Under the pieces are notes generated by a model. That model made no database searches. It was given only the letters and a program-made list of their open reading frames with translations, and was not told the origin of the DNA. 64,000 nt of DNA, from positions 559,667-623,666 of the forward strand of contig CAWKCE010000005.1 in assembly GCA_963848085.1 (NCBI GenBank). The letters are read 5' to 3'. The stretch is from an uncultured Actinomycetota bacterium (GTDB lineage Bacteria; Actinomycetota; Actinomycetes; JAHEKZ01). Shown piece after piece: positions 16,886 through 25,914 of this stretch; the stretch's first letter is position 1, and each line of letters opens with the position of its first letter. The position numbers and the translations under genes were made by a program.

Positions 16886-18418
16886 CTAGACGCGGAACCG
16901 GGAGATGGACTGGCGCAGGTCGTCGGCCAGCGCGGTGAGCGACGCAGCGGCCCGTGCCGAGTCGTCGGATCCGGCAGCGGCCTGCTGGGAGACCTCGGCC
17001 ACCTGCCCCATCGTGGTCACGATCTCGGTCGACGCCGATCGCTGCAGCTGGCTCGCGTTGGAGATCTCGCGGGCCGACGTGGTCGTCTCGTCGGCCATCT
17101 CGGAGATCCGCTCCAGAACCGCCACGACGTCCCGGGCCAGTGCGACTCCGGTGAGGACCTCCTCGGCACCTTCGGCGGTCGCCGCGGTCGTGGCCCGCAT
17201 CTCGGACTGGATCTGGGAGACGATCTGCTGGATCTGCTTGGTGGACGTCTGTGCGCGCTCCGACAGCTTGCGGACCTCGGCTGCGACCACAGCGAAGCCA
17301 CGGCCGTGCTCTCCCGCGCGGGCCGCCTCGATGGCGGCGTTGAGCGCGAGCAGGTTCGTCTGCTTCGCCAGCTCGTCGATGACCTCGAGGATGCGGCCGA
17401 TCTCACCGGACTTGTCCGCCAGTGCCGCAGTCCGCTCAGCCACGAGCTGCGAGCGATGCGCGATCGCATCGATCGCGGCGACGGCGTTGGCGACCGCCTC
17501 CTGGCCCTCCTCGGCGAACCGGAAGGTCATGGCGGCCTGGTCGACCACCTCCGAGCTGCTGGCCGCGATGACCTCCGCCATCTGCTGCAGCTGCTCAAGC
17601 GTGGCCGTCGACTCCACGACGGCGCCCGACTGCCGGCCGGATGCCGAGGCCTGGACCTGTGCCGCGTGCAGCAGCTCACCGGCGCTCTCCGAGATGCGGT
17701 CACCGCCGTCCCGGACCCGGTCGACCAGCATGCGCAGGGACACCAGGGTCTCGTCGATGTTGACGGCCAGGGAGCGCAGAGCGGTCTCCTCGCCCTCCGA
17801 GGTCGGGATCGCCACGGCCAGGTTGCCGTCGGCCGCCTCTCCGAGTGACAGCGACAGCTGTTCCACCCGCCGGGCCAGTCGATCGTGGTGCACCTGGTGG
17901 ATGCCCGACTTGAGCACTTCGTCAAAGCCGACCACCAGCGGGATGACCGTTGCCGCAGCGAACAGCCACGGCAGGACGGCCAGGCTGAACGTTCCGGACG
18001 CGAATGCGGCCACCACCAGCAGCGCGGCCGCGATCCCCGCGAACGCCACCAGGCCGGCACGTGCCACGACGTCCGCAACGAACACCGCCACCGTGACGAA
18101 CAGCACCCACACCGGTCCGCGCAGCCCGCCGGTCAAGGCCACCAGCCCGGCGACCCACACCATCTCGGCGGTGATCAGGGCCAAGGCCAGTCGACGGTCC
18201 GCGTGAACCAGCTCGCTCCGTCTCGCCTGCACCGCGAGCCAGGTGAGCAAGAGCGCGTAGCCGGCTCCGACCACGATCCAGACCAGGGCGGGGACCAGCA
18301 CCACGGGTACGGAGGGGTCCGAGACGTCGATGAGCACGGTCAGGACCAAGCCCAGACCGACGTTCACCCATGCGGCGATCGCCCCCGTGCGCGCCAGCTG
18401 CTGCGGGTCGTCCATCAC
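16886..18418 (-). CDS. methyl-accepting chemotaxis protein with polytopic membrane N-terminal sensor
   Basis: 510 aa; MCP signalling domain '[35 protein letters not shown]'; 5-6 N-terminal TM helices. Confidence 0.85.
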   Translation of the reverse strand: MMDDPQQLARTGAIAAWVNVGLGLVLTVLIDVSDPSVPVVLVPALVWIVVGAGYALLLTWLAVQARRSELVHADRRLALALITAEMVWVAGLVALTGGLRGPVWVLFVTVAVFVADVVARAGLVAFAGIAAALLVVAAFASGTFSLAVLPWLFAAATVIPLVVGFDEVLKSGIHQVHHDRLARRVEQLSLSLGEAADGNLAVAIPTSEGEETALRSLAVNIDETLVSLRMLVDRVRDGGDRISESAGELLHAAQVQASASGRQSGAVVESTATLEQLQQMAEVIAASSSEVVDQAAMTFRFAEEGQEAVANAVAAIDAIAHRSQLVAERTAALADKSGEIGRILEVIDELAKQTNLLALNAAIEAARAGEHGRGFAVVAAEVRKLSERAQTSTKQIQQIVSQIQSEMRATTAATAEGAEEVLTGVALARDVVAVLERISEMADETTTSAREISNASQLQRSASTEIVTTMGQVAEVSQQAAAGSDDSARAAASLTALADDLRQSISRFRV

Positions 18419-18566
18419 TTCCTCGAGTGTCAGAACGCACCAGACGAGCCGGCAGTCCGGACCGTCATGGACGCAATCGGCATGCGGTGGCGACCACTTG
18501 ACCCGATCGGGCTAGTCCCGGCGGGTCTCGGCCGTCCGTCCCGCCCGCTCCCTAGGCTGTGGAGCC

Positions 18567-19637
18567 ATGACCACCAGCGGCAGCAAACGCTCGGACGGGC
18601 TGCGCCTGGGGTCCGGTGTGGTCAAGCTCCCCGAGAAGCCACCGAGCCCGTTGCGGCAGGTCCTCTCCCGGGTCGGCATCGCCGTCCTGGTGGCCTTCGC
18701 GGTCGGGTTCCTGGTCTGGCTGGACCGGGACGGCTACCGAGACGTCAACGACGACGGGGTAAGCCTGCTCGATGCCGTCTACTACTCGACCGTCAGCCTG
18801 ACGACGACCGGCTACGGTGACATCACGCCGTCCAGTGACGCCGCCCGCCTGTTCAACATCTACTTCATCACGCCGCTTCGCATCATCTTCCTCGTTGCCT
18901 TGGTGGGCACCACGCTGGAAGTGCTGACCGAGCGGTCACGTCGAGAGTTCCGCGAGAACAGGTGGAGGCAGACCTTGCTCGCACACACCGTGATCGTGGG
19001 ATTCGGGGTCAAGGGCCGGGCGGCCGCGCGCACGCTGCTCGACAGCGGGACCACGCTCGACAAGATCGTCGTCATCGACGGTGACCCGGTCTCCATCGAG
19101 GAGGCGAACGAGATGGGCTTTGCCGCGGTCCTCGGCAACGCCACCCGCAGTGAGGTGCTCCGCCGGGCCCACGTCGGACGCGCCAAGTCCGTCATCGTCG
19201 CCCCGGACGACGACGCCACCGCCGTCCTGGTGACCCTCACCGCCCGACGCCTCAACGGAACCGCGCACATCGTGGTCAGCGTCCGGGAGGCGGAGAACGT
19301 CCCGCTGGTGAACCAGAGCGGCGCCGATGCGGTCGTGACCTCGGCCGAGGCCGCCGGTCGCATGCTGGGGCTGTCCGCCGAGAAGCCCGAGGTGGGCCGC
19401 GTCGTCGAAGACCTCCTCATCACCGGTGAGGGCCTGGACATCGAGGAGCGCAGCGTCAGCCGGGAGGAGATCGGGCTCGCCACCGCCGATGTCCCCGCGC
19501 TGGTCCTGGCTGTTGTTCGCGACGGCTACGTCCGACGCTACGACGACGGCACGCTGGGCGGGCTCCGGTCCGGCGACCGCGTCATCACCGTGCGGTCGGT
19601 CCGAGGCAAGGAGGACCTGTCCGACCCGTCCCGCTGA
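18567..19637 (+). CDS. potassium channel with C-terminal RCK/TrkA-N domain (MthK-like)
   Basis: Selectivity filter 'TTTGYGD'; Rossmann-type 'VIVGFGVKGRAAA' RCK domain. Confidence 0.85.
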   Translation: MTTSGSKRSDGLRLGSGVVKLPEKPPSPLRQVLSRVGIAVLVAFAVGFLVWLDRDGYRDVNDDGVSLLDAVYYSTVSLTTTGYGDITPSSDAARLFNIYFITPLRIIFLVALVGTTLEVLTERSRREFRENRWRQTLLAHTVIVGFGVKGRAAARTLLDSGTTLDKIVVIDGDPVSIEEANEMGFAAVLGNATRSEVLRRAHVGRAKSVIVAPDDDATAVLVTLTARRLNGTAHIVVSVREAENVPLVNQSGADAVVTSAEAAGRMLGLSAEKPEVGRVVEDLLITGEGLDIEERSVSREEIGLATADVPALVLAVVRDGYVRRYDDGTLGGLRSGDRVITVRSVRGKEDLSDPSR

Positions 19638-19656
19638 GGGTCTAGCCTCAACCGTC

Positions 19657-21120
19657 GTGACGCGGAGGGCAGCGGTTGCAGCCGGCAGCGCCGGGGCCGC
19701 CGGGGCCGCGGTCGACCTCCTTCGCGCCGGGGGCAACGCCTTCGACGCGGTGGTGGCCGCGGGTTTTGCTGCCGCCGTCAGCGAGCCCGGGCTGACCAGT
19801 CTGGGCGGCGGCGGCTTCCTGATGGCCCGGCCCGCCGGAGGGCAGCCACGCGTCCTCGACTTCTTCGTCGACGCACCCGGTCACGGACACTCCGGCGCTG
19901 AGCTGGAGCCACACTTCGTCGGCGTCACGGTCCAGTTCACCGGCGCCGAGCAGGTCTTCTACGTCGGCGCCGGATCGGTTGCAGTGCCCGGGTGCCTGTC
20001 GGGATACCTGGCCGCCCACCGGAGCTGGGGGTCGCGCCCGCTGGCCGAGGTGGTCGCACCGGCGCAGCGGCTGGCCCGGGACGGGGTTGCCCTCGAGCCC
20101 ACCCAGGCGACGGTCCTCGGCCTGCTGGCCGACATCCTGACGTTGAGCGACGAGGGCAGCCGGGTGTTCGCGCCGACCGGGTCGCTGCCCCACGCCGGCG
20201 ATCTGGTGCGCAACGTCGACTACGCCGACTTCCTCGACCGGGTGACGAGCGGCGAGGTCACCGGATTCGACTCCCCGGCCGTTGCCGCTGGCCTCCTCGA
20301 CCGGATCCAGGCCGGCGGGGGCCCGCTCACGCGTGCCGACCTCGCCGGCTACCGACCGGTCGAACGGACGCCGCTGACGGCCCAGTACGGGGGAAACCTG
20401 CTGGTCACCAACCCTCCGCCGTCGTTCGGGGGGTCGATCGTGGTCGAGGCCCTTGCCGACCTCGACCGGATGGGTCCCTACGCCGACGACGCGGCACGGG
20501 TGGTGGCCACCACCCGTGCGCTCGACACGGCCACGCAGGCGCAGAAGCGGCGCCGGCAGGCGTCAAGCAGCCGCGGGACGACGCACATCAGCGTGGTCGA
20601 CGCCGAGGGAAACCTGGCCGCACTGACCACGTCAAACGGCTCCTGCTCCGGGGTGTTCGCTCCGGGGACCGGGGTGCAGCTGAACAACGTGATGGGCGAG
20701 TCCGACCTCCACCCAGACGGCTTTCACGCCACCGTTCCGGGGACCCGGATCGGGTCGATGATGGCCCCCTCACTCCTGGAGCTTGCCGACGGAAGGGTCG
20801 TCGCCATGGGGAGCGGTGGCAGCGAGCGCATCCGCAGTGCGCTCACCCAGGTGGTGGTGAACCTCGTCGACCGCAGGCTGCCCCTCGCAGACGCGATCCT
20901 GGCACCGCGCGTGCACGACGACGGGCGCGCGGTCCAGGTGGAGCCGGGGCTGTCCGACCGGGCGCTGGCCGGGCTGGCCGAGCTGCGTCCGGTCAACTGC
21001 TGGTCCTCCCGCAGCCTGTACTTCGGCGGCACCCACGGCGTGGTGCTTCACCCGGACGGGCACGTCGAGGCAGCGGGCGACCCGAGGCGGGACGGCGCGG
21101 CAGTCGTCGTCGACCTGTGA
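19657..21120 (+). CDS. gamma-glutamyltransferase family protein (no signal peptide)
   Basis: GGT N-terminal 'GGNAFDAVVAAGFAAAVSEPGLTSLGGGGFLM' and catalytic Thr region 'SRGTTHISVVDAEGN'; GTG start 19657 chosen to avoid overlap with the K+ channel gene. Confidence 0.8.
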   Translation: MTRRAAVAAGSAGAAGAAVDLLRAGGNAFDAVVAAGFAAAVSEPGLTSLGGGGFLMARPAGGQPRVLDFFVDAPGHGHSGAELEPHFVGVTVQFTGAEQVFYVGAGSVAVPGCLSGYLAAHRSWGSRPLAEVVAPAQRLARDGVALEPTQATVLGLLADILTLSDEGSRVFAPTGSLPHAGDLVRNVDYADFLDRVTSGEVTGFDSPAVAAGLLDRIQAGGGPLTRADLAGYRPVERTPLTAQYGGNLLVTNPPPSFGGSIVVEALADLDRMGPYADDAARVVATTRALDTATQAQKRRRQASSSRGTTHISVVDAEGNLAALTTSNGSCSGVFAPGTGVQLNNVMGESDLHPDGFHATVPGTRIGSMMAPSLLELADGRVVAMGSGGSERIRSALTQVVVNLVDRRLPLADAILAPRVHDDGRAVQVEPGLSDRALAGLAELRPVNCWSSRSLYFGGTHGVVLHPDGHVEAAGDPRRDGAAVVVDL

Positions 21121-21157
21121 GCCCCATACCGCCCGGGGCCAGAGAAACCCCCACGGC

Positions 21158-22216
21158 GTGGGAGACTCACCCGGTCCCTTCGGAAGGATCTGGATGAACG
21201 GCAACGCCTCGTACCGCCACACCAACACGGCGGTGCTGTCGATCGTCGCCGTCGAGGCGCCCGTCGTGGTGACCTCCGCGGACATCGATGCGCGCCTGAC
21301 CGCCGCGTACCAGCGCTTCGGTGTGCGACCTGGCGTCCTCGAGGGGCTCGCGGGCATCCGCGAGCGCCGGTGGTGGTCCGAGGGCTCCTCCTTCATCGAC
21401 GGCGCGGTGACGGCCGGTGGCAAGGCCCTCGCGCAGTCCGGGATCGACGCCAGCCAGGTGGGGCTGATGATCAACTCGTCGGTCAACCGCACCTACCTGG
21501 AGCCGTCCACCGCGGTCGCCATGCACCACCGCCTGGACCTGCCCACGTCTGCGGTGAACTTCGACCTTTCGAACGCCTGCCTGGGCTTCGTCAACGGGAT
21601 CCACCTCGCCGCGACCATGATCGACGCCGGGCAGCTGGACTATGCGCTGATCCTGGACAGCGAGGACGCCCGGGCCACCCAGGAAGCCACGCTCACCCGC
21701 CTGGCCGACCCCGAGGCGACAATCCAGGACTTCTTCAACGAGTTCGCGACGCTGACGCTGGGCTCGGGCGCGGCCGCAATGGTGCTGGGTCCGGCCGACC
21801 GGCACCCCGAGGGGCACCGCGTCGTCGCCGGCATCACCCGCGCCGGGACCGAGCACCACGACCTGTGCGTGGGCGACATGAACGGGATGCGCACCGACAC
21901 GCAGGGGCTGCTGGACGCCGGCCTGCAGCTGGCGGAGGACGCCTGGAAGGAGGCCCTGGTCGACCACGAGTGGCAGGCCGCCGACCGGTACATCCTTCAC
22001 CAGGTCTCCAGCGTCCACACGAACGCGCTGTGCGAGCGTCTCGGGCTGGACCAGACCAAGGTGCCGCTCACCTTCCCGACGTTCGGCAACATCGGCCCCG
22101 CCGCACTGCCGTTCACGCTGGCCCAGGAGGTCGACAAGCTCGCCACCGGGGACCAGGTGCTGTGCCTGGGGATCGGGTCGGGCCTGAACACCGCCTTCCT
22201 CGAGCTCGCCTGGTGA
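21158..22216 (+). CDS. oleA: OleA-like thiolase (FabH-family condensing enzyme)
   Basis: 352 aa KAS-III fold; first gene of the oleA-oleBC-oleD arrangement. Confidence 0.75.
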   Translation: MGDSPGPFGRIWMNGNASYRHTNTAVLSIVAVEAPVVVTSADIDARLTAAYQRFGVRPGVLEGLAGIRERRWWSEGSSFIDGAVTAGGKALAQSGIDASQVGLMINSSVNRTYLEPSTAVAMHHRLDLPTSAVNFDLSNACLGFVNGIHLAATMIDAGQLDYALILDSEDARATQEATLTRLADPEATIQDFFNEFATLTLGSGAAAMVLGPADRHPEGHRVVAGITRAGTEHHDLCVGDMNGMRTDTQGLLDAGLQLAEDAWKEALVDHEWQAADRYILHQVSSVHTNALCERLGLDQTKVPLTFPTFGNIGPAALPFTLAQEVDKLATGDQVLCLGIGSGLNTAFLELAW

Positions 22217-24837
22217 ACCCGTCCGCCGCCGCCTCGCTGCCCCCAGCTGGGCTGCCGGGGCTGGACCCGTCGTGGTCCAGGCTCGTGCGCGCGCCCGACC
22301 CGGAGGGGGTGGTGCGCGCCTGGCACGTCCTGGACGCCGGACCCCGGGACGGCGGCACGCCCAGGGGAACCCTGCTCTGCGTCCACGGGAACCCGACCTG
22401 GTCATACACGTGGCGGTCGGTCGTCGCGGCCGGCAGCGCCGCCGGCTGGCGGGTGGTGGCGGTCGACCACCTCGGCATGGGGTTCTCCGAGCGCACCGGA
22501 GGGCAGCACCGCCTGGCCGACCGGGTGGCCGAGCTCGCCTCGCTGACCGACGCCCTCCAGCTGTCCGGGCCAGTGGTGACGGTGGCCCACGACTGGGGCG
22601 GGGTGATCAGCCTGGGGTGGGCGCTGGACCACCGCGCTCTGCTCGCCGGTGTCGTCCTGGCCAACACGGCCGTCAGCCAGCCGCCCGACGCTCGCGTCCC
22701 CGCACTCATCGCGCTCGCGCGTACGCGGGCACTGGTGCACTCGGCCACCGTCACGACGCCGGCGTTCCTCACCGGCACGCTGCGGCTGGCACATCCCGCC
22801 CTCGAGTCAGGGGTGCGCGCCGGTTACCTGGCCCCCTACCGGACTGCGGCGAGGCGGTCGGCGATCGGCGACTTCGTCGCCGACATCCCCGTGGCACCCG
22901 ACCACCCGAGCCGAGCCGCCCTCGACACGATCGGCGCGCGCCTGGGCGAGCTGGCCGAGGTTCCCGCGCTGTTCGTCTGGGGGCCGCGCGACCCCGTGTT
23001 CTCCGACCGCTACCTCCGCGACCTGCAGCAACGCCTCCCCCAGGCCCGGACGCATCGCTTCGAGGGCGCCGGTCACCTCGTGGTCGAGGACGCGCCGGTC
23101 GCCGAAACGGTCGTCGGCTTCGTCACGGACCTGGGCACCGCCCCGGTCGCGGCGCCGGCTCTCACTGTCACAGACAGCCAGGCGCCGACGCCTCACCGGG
23201 AACCCAGCGGTCCGCCCCGGGAGGCGGCCGAGCGTCGGCCCCTCGGCCAGGCGCTCGCGTCCCGAGCTTCCGACCCGGGCGCCGCCCTCGTCGAGCTCGG
23301 TCCGGACGGCCCCCGCCGCACCGTCAGCTGGGCCCAGCTGTCCCGCGTCGTCGACGAGCTCGCGGCAGGGTTGGTCGAGCTCGGGGTGCGTCCCGGTGAC
23401 CGGCTCGCCCTGCTGGTCCCCCCGGGAGCCGACCTCACCGCCGCCGTGTACGCCTGCTGGCGGGCCCGCGCCGTCGTGGTGCTGGCCGACGCCGGCCTCG
23501 GTCTCTCCGGGCTCCGGCGCGCGCTGCGGGGCGCCGGCGTCGCCGGCGTCATCGGCACCGGGAAGGGCCTGCTGGCCGCCCGCAGCATGGGCCTGCCCGG
23601 CCGCCAGGTCCTGGCCGGGTCCGGCGGCTCGGCGGTGCGGCGGTCTCTGGGCGCCCACCACACGCTTGCCGACGTCGCGCGGCTGGGCCACGGTATCCCC
23701 GCACCGCCGGCCCCAGCCCCGGCGGACGAGGCAGCTGTCCTGTTCACGTCCGGCGCGACCGGGCCGGCCAAGGGAGTGGTCTACCGCCACGCACAGCTGG
23801 AGGCGCAGCGCGACGTCCTGTCCGAGGGGCTCGGGCTGGTGGGTTCCGACCGGTTCGTCGCCGCCTTCGCGCCGTTCGCGCTGTACGGGCCCGCCCTGGG
23901 CGTGACGACCGCCGTCCCCGACATGGACGTCACCTCCCCCGGCACGCTGACCGCCCGTGCGCTGGCCGACGCAGTCGCCGCGGTCGACGCGTCGGTGGTC
24001 TTCGGCGCCCCCGCAGCACTCCGGAACGTCGTGGCCACTGCGGATGACCTGGATCCAGAGCAGCGTGCCTCGCTCGCATCGGTCCGGATGCTGCTGTCCT
24101 CGGGCGCTCCTGTCCCACCGGAGACGCTCCGGCTTGCCGCTGACCTGATGGGCGGCTGCGAGGCACACACGCCCTACGGCATGACCGAAGCCCTGCCGAT
24201 CGCCGACATCGAGCTGGACGACCTGGAGCGGGTCGGCGCCGGTACCGGTGTCTGCGTCGGCATGCCCTTCCCCGGAGTGCGGGTCGCGGTCAGCGGCCTG
24301 GCGCCCGACGGCCACGCCGAAGGGGCGCTGACCGAGGACCCCGACGTCACCGGCGAGATCTGCGTACGGGCACCCCACGTCAAGGACAGCTACGACCAGC
24401 TGTGGTCCACCGAGCGAGCGAGCTCGCGGGACGCCGGCTGGCACCGCACCGGTGACGTCGGTCACCTCGACCGCCAGGGCCGGCTGTGGGTCGAGGGTCG
24501 GCTGGGGCACGTCGTCGTGACCGCCGACGGCCCGGTCACTCCTGTCGGGCCGGAGCGCCGGGTGGAGCAGCTGGACGCAGTTCGACTGGCGGCGCTCGTC
24601 GGTGTGGGACCTCGCGGCACCCAGGCGCTGGTCATGGTCGTGGAGTCCCCGGGAACGCCACCGGGACCGGCGGACCTGGACCTCACCGCGGCCGTGCGCG
24701 ACCAGGCCGGGCTGCCGATCGCGGCCGTGCTCGTCGTGCCGGACCTGCCGGTGGACATTCGACACAACTCCAAGATCAACCGCACGGCGGTCGCCACTCA
24801 TGCCGAGCAGGTGCTGTCGGGGAAGCGGTCGGCATGA
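22213..24837 (+). CDS. oleBC: OleB-OleC fusion: alpha/beta-hydrolase domain fused to AMP-dependent synthetase/ligase
   Basis: GTGA overlap with oleA stop; N-domain 'LLCVHGNPTWSYTWR...HDWGG' (alpha/beta hydrolase), C-domain AMP-binding 'LFTSGATGPAKGVVYRHAQL'. Confidence 0.8.
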   Translation: MNPSAAASLPPAGLPGLDPSWSRLVRAPDPEGVVRAWHVLDAGPRDGGTPRGTLLCVHGNPTWSYTWRSVVAAGSAAGWRVVAVDHLGMGFSERTGGQHRLADRVAELASLTDALQLSGPVVTVAHDWGGVISLGWALDHRALLAGVVLANTAVSQPPDARVPALIALARTRALVHSATVTTPAFLTGTLRLAHPALESGVRAGYLAPYRTAARRSAIGDFVADIPVAPDHPSRAALDTIGARLGELAEVPALFVWGPRDPVFSDRYLRDLQQRLPQARTHRFEGAGHLVVEDAPVAETVVGFVTDLGTAPVAAPALTVTDSQAPTPHREPSGPPREAAERRPLGQALASRASDPGAALVELGPDGPRRTVSWAQLSRVVDELAAGLVELGVRPGDRLALLVPPGADLTAAVYACWRARAVVVLADAGLGLSGLRRALRGAGVAGVIGTGKGLLAARSMGLPGRQVLAGSGGSAVRRSLGAHHTLADVARLGHGIPAPPAPAPADEAAVLFTSGATGPAKGVVYRHAQLEAQRDVLSEGLGLVGSDRFVAAFAPFALYGPALGVTTAVPDMDVTSPGTLTARALADAVAAVDASVVFGAPAALRNVVATADDLDPEQRASLASVRMLLSSGAPVPPETLRLAADLMGGCEAHTPYGMTEALPIADIELDDLERVGAGTGVCVGMPFPGVRVAVSGLAPDGHAEGALTEDPDVTGEICVRAPHVKDSYDQLWSTERASSRDAGWHRTGDVGHLDRQGRLWVEGRLGHVVVTADGPVTPVGPERRVEQLDAVRLAALVGVGPRGTQALVMVVESPGTPPGPADLDLTAAVRDQAGLPIAAVLVVPDLPVDIRHNSKINRTAVATHAEQVLSGKRSA

Positions 24838-25808
24838 AGGTCCTCGTCACCGGAGCCAGCGGCATGCTGGGGGCCGCCACGGCGCGAGCGCTCGTCACTG
24901 CCGGCCACACCGTCACCGTCCTCCAGCGCCGGGCATCCGGGCTCGACGTCGCCGAGGTACGAGGCGACATCACCGACGACGGCGTCGTCCGCTGGGCGTG
25001 CACAGGGCAGGACGCCGTCGTCCATCTGGCCGCCCGCGTCACGCTGACCGGGTCGTGGGAGGACTTCGAGCGGGTCAACGTCGGTGGCACGCGGACCGTC
25101 CTGGCCGCCGCCCGCGCAGCGGGCGCCACCCGGTTCATCCACGTGTCCTCGCCGTCGGTGGCGCACTCCGGATCCGCCCTGGTGGGAGTCGCCGCCGGTC
25201 CAGCTGACCCCGACGCCGCTCGGGGTCACTACGCCCGGAGCAAGGCGGTGGCCGAGCGCATGGCGCTCGCCGCGGGAGCAGGCGACTTCGCGGTCGTCGC
25301 TGTTCGTCCCCATCTGGTGTGGGGGCCCGGCGACACCCAGCTCGTCGGACGCGTCGTCGAGCGGGCACGAACCGGCCGGCTGATGCTCGTGGGCGGAGGT
25401 GGCGCCCTCATCGACTCCACCTACGTCGACAACGCAGCCGACGCCCTCGTCGCCTCACTGCACCGGATCGAGGACCTCCGCGGCCAGTCGCTTGTGGTCA
25501 CCAACGGGGAGCCGCGCACCGTCCGCGAGCTGCTGACGGCGATCTGCCGGGCAGCAGCCGTGCCCGAACCGACCCGTTCGGTGCCCCTGGCGGTAGCCGC
25601 TGGCGGGGGGACCGTCGTGGAGCGAGCGTGGGACCTGTTCGGGCGCGAGGACGAGCCGCCCATGACCCGTTTCCTCGCCGAGCAGCTGGCCACCGCCCAC
25701 TGGTTCGACCAGCGGAACACCCGCGAGGCGCTGCAGTGGGCACCCCGGGTCGGGCTCGACGAGGGCTTCGCCCGACTGGCGTCCTGGTTCGCGCGAACCA
25801 CCCACTGA
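24834..25808 (+). CDS. oleD: OleD-like NAD(P)-dependent epimerase/dehydratase-family reductase
   Basis: ATGA overlap with oleBC stop; Rossmann 'MKVLVTGASGMLGAATARAL'. Confidence 0.75.
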   Translation: MKVLVTGASGMLGAATARALVTAGHTVTVLQRRASGLDVAEVRGDITDDGVVRWACTGQDAVVHLAARVTLTGSWEDFERVNVGGTRTVLAAARAAGATRFIHVSSPSVAHSGSALVGVAAGPADPDAARGHYARSKAVAERMALAAGAGDFAVVAVRPHLVWGPGDTQLVGRVVERARTGRLMLVGGGGALIDSTYVDNAADALVASLHRIEDLRGQSLVVTNGEPRTVRELLTAICRAAAVPEPTRSVPLAVAAGGGTVVERAWDLFGREDEPPMTRFLAEQLATAHWFDQRNTREALQWAPRVGLDEGFARLASWFARTTH

Positions 25809-25914
25809 GCCGGCGGCATCGCGGCGCGGCACCGCTACCTGATCGGCGCAACGGATCACACTCGGAACCGTCCGACGTTCCGACCACGCAAGGTCTCGGC
25901 AAGAGAGGGCGCCC

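Noticed and set aside
19426-19656. N-terminal extension of the GGT ORF
   Set aside because: It overlaps the 3' end of the K+ channel gene in another frame. The GGT-family N-terminal motif begins right after GTG 19657.
21370-24837. 1155-aa ORF suggesting a giant protein
   Set aside because: The N-terminal 281 codons overlap oleA in another frame and are Arg/Gly/Pro-rich nonsense. The real oleBC gene starts at GTG 22213, overlapping the oleA stop.
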